A stretch of DNA of 64,000 bases from Fimicolochytrium jonesii (lineage: Eukaryota). The number at the start of each line of letters is the position of its first letter. Within the stretch, counting starts at the first letter, position 1. A program made the position numbers and the translations under genes. The DNA is taken from NCBI RefSeq assembly GCF_025526975.1, contig NW_026515694.1:62001-126000 (forward strand), read 5' to 3'. This document shows positions 1-11,745 of the stretch, in pieces. Below the pieces are notes generated by a model. The model made no database searches. It saw only the letters and a program-made list of their open reading frames with translations, and was not told the DNA's origin.

Positions 1-3000
1 TTCGGCGAGAATCAATCCAGTCAGCACAATGATCGAAGTGAACAGCGCCATCCGCAGACTGATCCACAGCTTCGCCGAGTCCATCAGTAGCAGCGCTTTG
101 CTCGCGAGGTCGGTGGTGTGTTCCTGTCGGGCGACGAAGCTCGCTTCCCAACGATACGCCTTGATCGATGGTATACCGTAAAACGTCTCGGAACAATGCG
201 CGGAGAGTGGGGACTTGAGAATGGAGGAGAGACGCTTGAGTTCGCGGTACGACCCTTGAAAAAAGCGGAAAGCCCAGACGGAAGGTATCGACAGGATGGC
301 GAAAGCGATCAGGATGTATGGCGTTCCATACGCAACCATGACGACCGCCGAGAAAAACATAATACCGCAGTCAAACAAATTCACAAGATCTGATAACGCA
401 AGTGTTAAGCCAGTCAGACCATGATCGATGTACTAATCAACACTTAAGCTCATACCTTGTGAGAGGGTCAGGTCCATTTGCAAGACGTCGACCGTCATGC
501 GATTGATGATCCTTCCCGCCGGTTGACCATCGAACCATCCCAACTGTTTTCGATTCAGCGTTAGCATTACACCAAAATCCTGCAACGAGCAAAGCAGGTG
601 ATGGAGCACTTACCGGAGCGCGCACTAACGCCGTCAAGGCATTGTGATGATATGCCTTCGAGGCGCGGTAGTTCAAAACATACCAGCACGTAACACTCAT
701 CAGATTAGAAGCCAGTTTGACAGTTCCGACGATCCAGTACAGTTGGAAGTACTGAGAATCCGACCAGCCCCACGAGTTGTCGGACCAGATGACCATGATA
801 ATGTTGCCAAACGCCGCCAAGAACACGGCGAAGGGAAGCCATAGTAACGGGAACAGGGCGAGAAGGAGGCCGCCATTCTTGAAATAGCGCCAAATCACGG
901 CGCCGGAAACAATGCCCTGAAGGAAAAAAGAGCGTGTTAAAGCCCGTCCGAACCCGTAGATGATTGCCCCTCGCCAAATGCTCTTACCTGCTGCCTGTCT
1001 TCGGCAATCAGTTTCTGCTCCTCAAACTTCTTCAAGGCCTGTTCAATCTCTTCCAGGTCCCCACCGTCCTTTTCCTTATCCGGTTCGTCTTGCACGACTT
1101 CATCTTCCCTTCCCTCGACCGCGTAGTTCTTCATCATGTTCGCCAGCACACCTTCTGGCAAGTTCATCAACTCGGTGAAGGTACCCGACTCAGCCACCTT
1201 ACCACCGTTGAGGACGACAACCATATCAGCCTTTGATATCAAATGCAGCTGATGTGTCACGAGCACGACTGTTTTGCCTTTCATGGAACCAAGGATCGTT
1301 TTGTCGAAGATGGTTTTCCCGACTTGAGCGTCCAGCGCCGCAAGTGGGTCGTCGAGCAAGAATATGTCGGCGTTCGACGCAATGGCGCGGCATAGCTGCG
1401 TTCGCGCTTTCTGCCCGCCTGACAGAGATATGCCCTGGAATTTTTGGATGAGAATAAGCCCAACTTTGTAAATCCGCACAATTTATTTTTGGATGGAAGG
1501 GAACCATACCTTCTCGCCGACCCGGGTTCCGAGTCCATGTGGAAAGGCCTCTATGTCGCGAGTCAAACAAGCGGCTTCGACCGCTTTGGAGACGTCGGCG
1601 TGGCTCAAATCGGCGGAGAACCCTCGAATGTTCTCTTCCAAAGTGCCCGATACTACCCAGGGGTCCTGCGCGCAATAACCGATCGAACCGACGAGCGTCG
1701 CAGACCCGGAGCCCACCTTGCGCATGGACCCAACCATCGCAGAGAGCAACGATGATTTCCCGCTGCCTACAGGTCCCACGATAGCAACCAGCGCCCCACG
1801 TGGGATCTCGAGCGTGATGTCAGATAATTTGAAGGCTTCCTTCGGCTTGTCACTGCCAGCTGTCTCGCCTTTGGCCTCCTGCTCCGCCTCTACAACGACG
1901 GTGTTGACCGATGTGGTCTCCTTCTCCCGTTCTTGCATCTCGGCGCCCTTCTTGTCAGCACCCTTCTTTCCTCCCGCTTTGTTTGCTTTGGTTGATCCTT
2001 TGGACGTTTCCTTAAGGTCCTTGGCATCAGGGGTGGTTTCCCAGGAGAAGCTGGCGCGGTCGATAGTAATCGCGGGAAGGTCAGCGGTTTTGGCATCAAG
2101 AGCGAGCCTTTCCGGAACGTCATGAGGGAGGATCTCCTCGGCAAGAAGAAACTTTGAAACTCGCTTGAGTGAAGGGAAGGCTTGCAGTGTGCCCCTGTTG
2201 AAGGCAATTCATTACGAGAGAGTGACAGACAGTGAGTGGAAGGCGAACCCAAGAAAAATGGATCTAAGCGATCCGTCTCACATAACTTGGTCAGGTACTA
2301 CTCACATGACGGCACCTCCCAGCATACCCGAGGGTTCCCCTAGCGCGGCGATTAGCCCAAGGATGGGAAACACCGTGCTGGCGTTGATAGAACCACCGAA
2401 TTGGGTGTATCCTATGATCGTGACGTACGGAAGGAAGTCTTGTTGGATGATGATAGCGAATATCACTCCAAGGAACCACATCGTCATCGTCTTCAGCAGT
2501 TTCAACTGCTCATTCCGCGGCTCTTCGATTCGTGCGGCCTCGTGCTTCTCCGCCGCTTCGAGTTTCAGACTCTTCATTCCGTAAATCAGTTCTCTGAGGA
2601 GTTTTGTGCGCTTGTCCAGATGCTTCATATATTGTCCTTGACATTTGACAAATTCGCGGATGAATTGGAGGGTGAGCACTGTCAGTAGGACAAACAAGCC
2701 TGCTGTGAGGATCGTCGTCACTCCGAGTAACCGGGCGAGTAGATAGAGCGCAAGGACAATCTGTGCCACGCAGGTGATGGATGCGGCTAACATTTTCGGA
2801 AATTTGCTGATCATGAGAACGTCGGTACTGATTAGGCTGTTAACAGTTCCGGGACCGTACTCCTAGGTATCAGGACGGGAGTGAGCCAAATGACGAATGC
2901 GGCGTCTTGCGGACGGCACGAAGGCCTCATTTGATGACTCACCTGTTGGGACTTTGCCGACAGCTTCAGAGCCTTAGAATAACTGATGAGAAATGGTTTA

Positions 3001-3936
3001 GTCCCCAACCCAAGTCTCAGAATACGCAATCGCGAGAACAAACCACTCACACCGCTCCAATGACGATCGCGCGAAGCTCCACGTTGAAGTCCAAATACAT
3101 AGCTTCCTTATTGTAGGCAGCAAAGGCTGTTCCAACCGACAAGGCAAAGTAAAGTAGCCCATAGCCCCATACAGTCTTGATGATGGGACTCGAGTGGTCG
3201 GCCGTAGGATCGAGTAGATTGACGACATCGGAGATTAGCAGCGGCTGGATGATGGCGCTTGCTACGGCGATTCCGGCGAGGACGAGCGATACGATGCTGA
3301 AAGGTTGTGGGGTAATGTTAGGTCATGATGATGGAGAAGATGGATGTCGAGTTGCATCTGTACTCACTATCTGAACAAGAAGTGTCGCACAAGGGCCGAG
3401 GTGAAGCTCGGAGCGTGAGAACCCTCAGTGCTCTTGTATGTCTTGTATTGTGCCCAAAAGTCTTCCAAGACTGGCTTTGCAGTCTGATGGGCGGAGTCCT
3501 TTTCTGACAAATCCGGAAGGTCCTGCATGGAAAGAGAAGGTGAGCGATAATGGGTGGGGATTTCAAGCATAAGCTATCCTGTTCAGAGGCTGCAAGCTAC
3601 GTCCACCTGAGGCCAGTAACCCGTGCACAGAGTCCATGGGGGCAAAGAGACGAGAGGGGAAACCCAGCGAGCAAACCCCCCTGAGCATGGCACTCTTCCA
3701 TGATCGGGCATCTGATCTCTCCCCCGCAGGTCGTTATGCCTAGCGAAGGCCCCGCACTCCCGTAAACTCACCTCCTCCTGCAATGGTGCGCGACTTCCTT
3801 TCTTCAGAAGTGGGGTTATCCACGAAAACGTGATATAGGAGAAGAACGGACGGTGTATGACATCCTTGTGCGAGTGGTCGACGACGGAGTAGGTTGGTTG
3901 CTCGTTGAGCTGTTCAGTCTCCCCTCTCGACGACAT
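1..3936 (-). CDS. ABCC (MRP/Yor1-like) ABC transporter, multi-exon; the 3' part runs off the window start
   Basis: N-terminal 'FFSYITFSWITPLLKKGSRAPLQEE' and TMD exons. NBD1 has Walker A GPVGSGKSS, signature LSGGQKAR and Walker B LLDDPLAALD. GT-AG introns. ATG at 3936. Confidence 0.9.
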
Positions 3937-5524
3937 GGCGGAGCTAGGGTCTTTCCTTCCGGAGGTGACAACTCGGTTGGCGATTACAGACCACTCTTCG
4001 CGTATATCACCAGACGCTGGACAACGTTCGGCTGAAGCAGCAGGTGAAGCAGCGAAGTTGGCCGGCGAGCAGTTTGGCTGAAAAAAGGAGAGGGGAGGAA
4101 AGCACAATGGGCTGCCTTCTTATATGGGGCCCGGCCAGAAAGACAAATGCGCCTGGACCAGTTGGAATGGAGAACAGGCAGCTGCGGAGTCTATGTCCGG
4201 ACTTCAGGCCCTTCCGTCGTCCGTTCTCCGTCCTTCACCAAGTGTACATACAGTTCTTTGAAGGTTGCATCATCCTTCAGCATCCTGAAGCGATATATGT
4301 TTTGACAGTCTTCCAGCCATGGACACTTTTTCCCATGGACGTTCGAACTGCGAAGGCTGGTCCACACCGCATTTTAAATTTAGTGGTCCGCGGTGTTTGC
4401 GGGCTCTCGGTACCTCCCACAAGACGGGTTGACGCCGCGTTGATTCCAGGCTTGTCGTGCGCATCAGGAGTTTCGGCACTCGGAAGCTTGCGCTGGATGG
4501 GCAGGCGCCAGGTCCCAGCATTCTGGGACTGGGTGGACGTAAAAGATCTCCCAATCTTCAACTTGCACAACTGGCGTTCGATTTACAGGAGTCGGCAAGG
4601 GCATCAACAAGATACCCCAGAAGGGTGGAAGGCCATGGAAGGCCCATGGGCGAACATTGTATCAGTACAGTACTGTATGTACTGTACTGTACATGGGCCC
4701 ATGGGCGTACGTTACTGTTGACTGCTATACAGGGCCGACTGAAAAAGATGTACATATGCAGGATACTCAACTGACCCGTACGGAACATGGTGGAAGGACG
4801 CTACGACAGGACCTCCGTCGGGTCCGGCCTTCTTTTACCTTCGACGTCTGATCAGTTCCCCGGGGACGTAATCATTTAGGTCTGATCAGAAAGACATATG
4901 CGTCGACTAATCAAAGGAAGGCAGATGTAATGATTGTGTGGACTGGGCTGTTCAATAGTGTGCGCGGACCTGGCCGCCCGACACCACATACTACAGTACG
5001 TATACTGTACATGTATACTCACGCGCAAGGCAAGTTCCCGAAGGACGCCGTCCCGTGCATCATCATCAGTCGTTCGATAGAGACCCTCGTAGATGACAAA
5101 TTCCCCTGGTGGGCAGCTGGCTGTCGACACGAAGCCGAAGTACCACCATGCCAGGCCCATGCGATGGGATTCACAGTGATAAATTCTCTGTTGGCACGCC
5201 GTCGGTCACGACTCACAGTGCTGTCGTACGCGCACACGTTTGGAGCCGTGGGGGGGGATGAAGTTTGATGAAGGACGCGACGGGTGAGAAGCTGAGAAGC
5301 TGCTCCACCTTCTCCACAAGGGTATGGTGTCCGGCGGTCCTTGTGCAACCACACGCAAGTCACTGGGCACTGGCCAAAAAAGGTCGCATAAAAAGCACAG
5401 AGCGGTTTCGTTGGCAGCCCCACCGGCTAGCGTTCGTGCAAAGCGGCACTGCCATATTCAGGACAATCGATCCCATCTCGCCTTCCCTTCCTTCCCCTAC
5501 AACAACTCAACGCAAGAAATAACA

Positions 5525-6394
5525 ATGTCGGCTTCAGAAGGATCCCAGCTCTCTGGTGCACAGAAGCCGTCCAACTCAGCAGCCGCTCAAGGGAAACGCC
5601 CTTTCCACGGCTCATGCCACTGCGGTGAAATTCGCTACATCGTCTTCCTAGAACTTCCTCCGCGCGTCCTGTCAGTCGACACCACACCGGAAGACCATAC
5701 CGTACGTATATCCCAGGTGCACGGCGCTTCGTTAAGCTTAACGAAGCGGTCTGGAATCGGGCTCACATGAGCTGGAGACTGGGGCGATGCTAGGAAGCTG
5801 GCCACTTCGTACTTGGTGTCCACGAGGTGCTAAACCAGGGTTTATGTATTCCATCTACCCTCGCAGATTCGCATCTACAAGTGCAATTGTAGCTCATGCC
5901 ACAAAGCCGGCTTCTTTCACATCCGGCTTGCGAGTGCGCCTGATGATTTCGTCCTTCTGAGTCCATTGGATCCCATGGAGAAGCTGGGCAACTATACGTG
6001 TTTCTCCGGGAAGCTGAACTTCCTCTTCTGCCGTACCTGCGGTGTACGATGCTTCATTCTCCGGGGAAAAGGAGAGGTGGTGGATGTGGAACCCGGAACC
6101 GACCTAGCCGCCGCGATCGCACGGGTCTCCCCTCAACCGCATCACAAGAATGGAGAAGTCCACTCTGCGCCCGACGGCAAGACGAAAGTGTGGCGACCGC
6201 GGAAGGATGGCTGGATAGAAGGATGTGCCGGAAGTACGTCGTACCTCAGCGTGAATGCTACCTCATTAGACGCAGGACAGGAAGGGTTGGATCTTAGGGA
6301 ATGGCGGGAGAAGCAGTGGATCCTCTATCTGGACTGTTTGGCGGAGAAGGAGGAGGACCGCTTTGATCGTCCTTGTACCGGCGGCCTGTATTGA
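5525..6394 (+). CDS. GFA / CENP-V (Mss4-like, DUF636) zinc-binding protein, 2 exons (5525-5701, 5867-6394)
   Basis: Motifs GSCHCG, KCNCSSC, FCRTCGV and SVNA. Intron GTACGT...CGCAG (5702-5866) joins the exons in frame. Confidence 0.88.
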
Positions 6395-6619
6395 GATGGA
6401 TGCGGTAAGACTCGCAATTCACTATGTAGACTGTATGGTAGAGTCAATATAGTGGCTCATGTTGAGAACGACCAGAGAATGTCAATCAGAAAGCGTTGTC
6501 TTTCGCGTGAATTGGAGAACATTGAATCGATCCTCGAGTACTCTCTACATACATAATAGGCATCGCCAAAATGTTTCAAAGTCACATGTGAGCGGAGGGA
6601 ATAACATCCTCGGATCCTC

Positions 6620-8180
6620 CTACACTCCAACAACCTTCTCCAAAAAGTCATCAACCAACTTTTCCAGCATATCCGCATCCTTCAGCCCCTGCACCCACTC
6701 GCCCGGCAACCCCTCAAAGCCCACACGACACCCCAACAGGGCGCCCGCAACCGTTGCGTTCGTGTCGGCGTCTCCTCCTTCCAGCGTCAACCCCGTAATG
6801 AGGTGTTGGAAAGCTTGCTGAGCCTCAACGTGGGACACTGATGAAGGAGTCTCGACTGATTGAGAAGGTGGGGAAGGAGCGGGCGTTACCCGCGTCAAAT
6901 CCCTCCCAAACACGTACAACCCGGCCCCGAGAGCCTTGTACGTGTACCCCATATGCTTGCTATCGTCCAGTTTGAGCGCGCTGAGTGCCGTGTCTTGGCT
7001 AGTGTAGGCTCTGAACTCCTCTGTTGCGGTCGACGAGGTGTGGAAGTAGGCTTGCAAGGCGACAGGGCCGGCGCGGTGGGGCGGAGTTCCGGTTGTTGTC
7101 GTATTTGAGCTTCCGGAATTGGTGTGGGACCGTGAAGGAGGAACTCGTATTCCTTGCACACGTCCTGGATGAGAGCGGACACAGCCGCGTCGCGTGGAAG
7201 GGTCCCGACGTCTATGGTCGTCGGGGACGAGGGCGAGGATGAAGCTGCTGGAGGTCGGTCGTAACGAGCGAGATAGTTGGGGGGTTTGGCGAGGGTGTCG
7301 TCGTCTGATCCGCCCATGACAAACATGAACAGACGCTCTTTTGCTTTCTTGTCGATGAGAAATCGCGGGCGTCTCGCTGGTGGTGAATTCGTCTGAGAGG
7401 AAGGCGATTCGGCAACCACCGTTGGCGCCGCTACATTGACCGTCTTCAGCTGATCCCTCCCATGCACCATGAGCCATAAGTCCCTCTTTACAGCCTCACC
7501 AAGCGGGGTGACCGTCGCAGACGGAGACCCACCCACCTCCTCCCTCAGCATCCTCGCCACAAGGACACAAACCACCACGCAGCTCAGGACGCATCGTGGA
7601 TCAGCATGCGTACACAGTGCGCAATCTATAGCCATCCTGGCAACCGAACCCTCATCCTGAAACCCCACACATCCCAGAACCGCACACCGCATCACCGCCC
7701 CGTTCGCTGCCGCCGCCCGGCCCGTATCCCGATGCCATGCTCGCCACGCCGCACCTTGCGGATCAGTGCAAAAGTCCTCCTGCCCGATGACGAGGGTCAT
7801 GGTCTTCCCGATCCCATGTGCCGGGTTGCCGAGCTCGGGCAGCCCCTCCTGCGTCCACTTGCGAAGCCTCCGTGCGAAATCGAGCGTGTCGAACTGCGGC
7901 CGTTGCGCATCCTTTGTCGTTGTGCCGAGGAAGCTTTGCAAAACAACAATCATCTGATCCGTATCGTCCGTCCAGCTGTTCTCCGCAAACTTGCTTCGGT
8001 GGTGGTCACGCAGGAAAGGCTCGCCGTCGCGGGAGAGGCCGAACTGGATCGGTCCCGGACCGTACAGGTATTTGCATTCGTCTTGGTCAGGAACTCGCCC
8101 GCGAGCCCCACGGCGTCACCTAGCGCCGCGCCGAAAATGAGACCTTTGATGCGGCCGCGTAGGACGTGGCTTTGGGGCAT
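6620..8180 (-). CDS. ADP-ribosylglycohydrolase (ARH3/DraG-like); two apparent frameshifts (~8085, ~7130), either assembly indels or pseudogenisation
   Basis: GLIFGAALGDAVG, WTDDTDQM, AANGAVMR, THADPRC and GGDADTNATVAGALLG lie in successive different frames, with no obvious introns at the switches. Confidence 0.85.
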
Positions 8181-8584
8181 TTGAGCCGTTTTACGTTGCG
8201 AGTGAGAGGCGGTCATATGTTTGTACGTGCTCTCCTGCGTTACGGATTGATCGGTAATGAGTAGAGGGAGCGCCCTGATACCAGTGTCCTTTTGAGGACG
8301 CTTAGACGGTAAAGGGCTGCTGGCCTGCTGCCATAAAGAAGTGAACTCCGTTTTGTGGTGGAACAGTCACCCATCCATCAGATGCTGTCAGTTCCTGTCG
8401 TTCCTGCCGGCGGTATCATAAGCAAAGGAAGTTTCTGCCTTGCCCGGAACTATAGCTGTGCAGGACTAAAGCCGATGGTTTTTTCACCCACGGTGCATCA
8501 AACCATAGAGCAGTCAACACATGAGGTCCCATAAGCTAGCAGGTTGTTTATAGACCTCATGAACAGCCGACCATCTTCTTCACC

Positions 8585-8861
8585 TGTCGGGGATATCTCA
8601 TATTCACTTGTACTTCGTATTATATTTCTTTTACTTCTACTTGATCCGATACGCGGGCTGGCCATCCGAGCTCTCGGTAATACATTACATAAGGGTCCAA
8701 GGCTCCTCGAAGCCACGCAAGCCCAATACGCAGCTCATACGTAAAGCTGTCAGCCGTGCAGCCGCTGCAGAGGACTTCTTACTCTTTTCTTCACCTGAGA
8801 ATATCGTTCTTCAGCCCTCTTGGAAGAGCCCATTGTCAGTCAAGTTTACTCTGACGTTACA
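8585..8861 (+). repeat. Diverged family-B LTR (solo-like; no PBS, no TSD)
   Basis: TGTCGGGGATATCTCA...CTGACGTTACA, colinear with the LTRs at 24849, 32992 and 45960. Flanks TCACC / GCGGG. Confidence 0.85.
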
Positions 8862-8999
8862 GCGGGTCTTGCCAAAGTTTCAAGTCGCCAAAGAACAAGC
8901 GTGTTGGCTTACTTCGTTTGCTCCCAATTCCCGACCGATGTTGGCACACGATGGGTATGGATCCTGTCTCGATGCCAATAACATGGTCATGGGGGGAAG

Positions 9000-9774
9000 G
9001 TGCATAGTGATGCGTTCTATGCCAGCATTATTGTCTTCATCAACTATCTGTCATCGCGCGCGTACTTTATACCTGCAACATACACGATAACTGCCAAGGA
9101 GTTGGCACAGCTCTACTTCCGTGAGGTATGGCGCCATACAGGTACTGCAGCTGTGATCATCGGAGATCGAGATCCCCGCTACCTGGCAGATTTCTGGAAG
9201 GTGTTTCAATCGTTGCTGGGCACTAAGCAGAGCTTGAGCACGGCACGACACCAACAGACGGATGGAAAAGTCGAACGGTGTATCTCTATCTTGAAGAAGA
9301 TGATTAAACCCTACCATAATGTAACGGGAGACGATTGGGTTGACAAACTGCTGATGTTGGAGTTTGCCTACAACCGTACGCAGAACAGCACCGGATACTG
9401 CCCTTTCGAGGTTGATTTGGGTAGAATTCCGCAGGCGCCGATGCATTGGCAAGTTGACGCAAAGGTGTTGCAACGTATGGACGATACGTCAATCCCATTC
9501 TTGCATAAGTCACAACGTGAGCTCATTGTACAGATGGAGAAGCGTGCTGAGGCATACCGATCCATTGAACTCATAGTGCAGCAGAGACTGCGGGAAGGCC
9601 AGGACAAACAAGCAAAGTATCATGATTGTGGACGTCGTTTACAGAGCTTTAGTCCAGGAAATGAAGTCCTGTTGAACAGCGATGGGATAACGATCCCTGC
9701 TTTCAACAAGAAGCTGCTCAAATTTAGACAGAGCTGGCTCGGACCCTTCATCGTGAAGAGGGAAGGACCACACC
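9000..9774 (+). pseudogene. Ty3/gypsy integrase fragment of a fourth family
   Basis: IIGDRDPRY, STARHQQTDGKVER, LEFAYN and WLGPF (GPY/F motif). Truncated at 9774. Confidence 0.85.
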
Positions 9775-9971
9775 TGTAATGTGGGTTGTCCGGTCTTATT
9801 GGAGAACGACGCGTGAGCAAGACATGTCCCGCCGGGTGTGCCAGACATGTCCCAGACAGTGTTCTCCAGTGGACTCCGACCTCATGGGTACTTTAACAGT
9901 GCTCGTTGCGTGTTCCTATGCACATCGAGTAGTTCTTCTACTACATATCACATAGCAGCGCCGACGAACAC

Positions 9972-10185
9972 TGTAATATTGCTAGGTCCGTTGCCAGAGG
10001 CTAGCTCTGTCTCCGGTTTGATGTATTGAAAGAATTCTAGGGTTTCTACCCCCCGGGGGGCCGCCTGAAGGCTTTTCTTCCCTTCGGGAGTCACCCCAGA
10101 GCGTAGGACTCCAATATAATCTATGCTACACGTGATCTCATGCCCTACGCGCTTCCCCGCACTAAGGTGACATCTGCAGCACCTC
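9972..10185 (-). repeat. Family-C LTR, cut about 6 nt from its end by element A1
   Basis: Reverse complement of 36305-36523; lacks the terminal ATTACA. Confidence 0.88.
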
Positions 10186-10680
10186 TGTTATGGACGACGC
10201 GCCCATACCATAAGCTTACCTACTGACAGCCGCCAATGTCAACCGCCAATGTCAAACGCCATGTCAATGTCAATGTCAGTGTCAATGTCAGTGTCAATGT
10301 CAATGTCAATGCCACTCCCCCTCTCTCCTCTCATTTCGCCAATCCCCCTCGGCTTCTCCACACCCCCCACTACTTCCCCATAGCCAGCAGCTGTAGCAAT
10401 GCTCTCTACGCTCGCCACGCACGCTCTAGGAGCATAGCGGGCGCCCCCCCCAGTCCCCTCTTGTTGTTGTTGTTGTTCTCTGATCTGCTGGGTTGCCTAT
10501 CTATAAATAGCCGGCCTCTCTTTGTCCATTCCCTTCCTCCCCAGCAGATCAACACCAGTTCTTCTCAGCTCTTGTTCTAGTCCTTGTCTCTTCTTTCGCC
10601 AATACAATCCCTTGTCGCCCATCGCTCTCGCCTTGTCTTCTCTACTTCGCTTCTGCCTCAGTCCTCGAGATCATAACAGT

Positions 10681-10690
10681 TTGATCTGCT
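10681..10690 (+). promoter_or_regulatory. Self-complementary primer-binding site of family A (Tf1-type)
   Basis: TTGATCTGCT, 2 nt after the LTR, is the exact reverse complement of AGCAGATCAA at 10543-10552, ~40 nt downstream of the TATA. No TGG tRNA PBS. Confidence 0.7.
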
Positions 10691-10746
10691 CCAACACTGC
10701 AAAGTTCAGAACCCGTCCAGCCCTGCATCCGACAAATCTTTTCGCC

Positions 10747-11745
10747 ATGTCCCAACCCGAATCCGTACCTTTCACCGCCAAGCAATGGAAAGATATGTGC
10801 CAAGCCATCGCCGCCTTGCAAAGCCAAAACGCCAACTTGCAGGCCAACCTAGCGCAAGCCCAAGCCGACGCACAAGCTGCCCAGAGCATCGCCGCCCAGG
10901 TTCAAGCCGATACGTACACCCGTCCCCAAGTCGCCAACCCTGCTCTGGAGCCAAGAATCAGCTCGCCTGAGAAGTTTGATGGTACCCGCAGCAAATTCCG
11001 TGGGTGGTTGAACAACATCCGGTTGATGTTCGCTCTCCGGCCCAACCGCTACCCCAGCGACATCATCAAGATCCAAACGATTGGCACCTACCTCACCGGC
11101 ACTGCGCAAGCCTGGACGGCGCCCCTAGTCGAACGCCAAGATCACAGCCTTCAGAACTTCGATAGTTTTATCGGTCGGATGCAATCTGTCTTCGGAGACA
11201 GCGACAGGGTCCGCACCTCCGAAAACAAGCTCCAGAACCTTCGCCAAACCCGTGCAGCCACCGAGTACGTCGCTGAGTTCCGCCAGCTACAATGCGATGT
11301 CTCCTGGAATGACCAGGCCCTGATTGCGACCTTCCGCCGTGGCCTCAAAGAGGACGTCAAGGACCTGATGCTCACGATGCCTCCTGCTGCCACCATTGAT
11401 GCGGTGATGGAGCAGGCGATCCAGTGCGATAACCGACTGTTTGAGCGCCGCCCGGAACGAAACAGAACCCGCCAGACCTTCCCAGTTCCCCATACCTTGT
11501 TTACCACTACCACCACCGTCGACCACAGCAAGCCCATGCAGATTGACGCCGCTCGTCCCCGCGGCCCTCTGAGCCCCCAGGAACGCCAACGCCGCATTTT
11601 CAACAGCCTCTGCCTCTACTGCGGTGGCGCGGGGCACATTGCAAAGGCCTGCCCAGCCAAGAACAAGACCACCACCCGTGCCGCCAACGTCGACATCAAA
11701 GAAACCTCCACGGAACAGGGTTTTCCCAAGGTCCAGCCGCAGTAA
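10747..11745 (+). CDS. gag: Family A Gag (retrotransposon gag domain plus CCHC zinc knuckle)
   Basis: Open ORF with PEKFDG, PMQID and CLYCGGAGHIAKAC. Confidence 0.9.
   Translation: MSQPESVPFTAKQWKDMCQAIAALQSQNANLQANLAQAQADAQAAQSIAAQVQADTYTRPQVANPALEPRISSPEKFDGTRSKFRGWLNNIRLMFALRPNRYPSDIIKIQTIGTYLTGTAQAWTAPLVERQDHSLQNFDSFIGRMQSVFGDSDRVRTSENKLQNLRQTRAATEYVAEFRQLQCDVSWNDQALIATFRRGLKEDVKDLMLTMPPAATIDAVMEQAIQCDNRLFERRPERNRTRQTFPVPHTLFTTTTTVDHSKPMQIDAARPRGPLSPQERQRRIFNSLCLYCGGAGHIAKACPAKNKTTTRAANVDIKETSTEQGFPKVQPQ

Noticed and set aside
4640..4705. Palindromic CAGTACAGTAC / GTACTGTACTG and GCCCATGGGC motifs
   Set aside because: Short low-complexity intergenic palindromes with no TIR, TSD or other structure.
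5525..6394. CENP-V-family gene next to a candidate centromere
   Set aside because: The GFA/CENP-V fold is widespread and gene position implies nothing about centromere function.
8400..8584. Minus-strand peptide GRLFMRSINNLLAYGTS...AQL* faintly like a Helitron N-terminal region
   Set aside because: Short, stop-interrupted and wrongly spaced; no Rep or Pif1 motifs in the window.
10236..10315. ORFs with (NV)n, (CQ)n and (MS)n low-complexity peptides, also at ~16200, 21700, 50030, 50620 and 56250
   Set aside because: Translations of the (AATGTC/AGTGTC)n hexamer microsatellite in the family A LTR.
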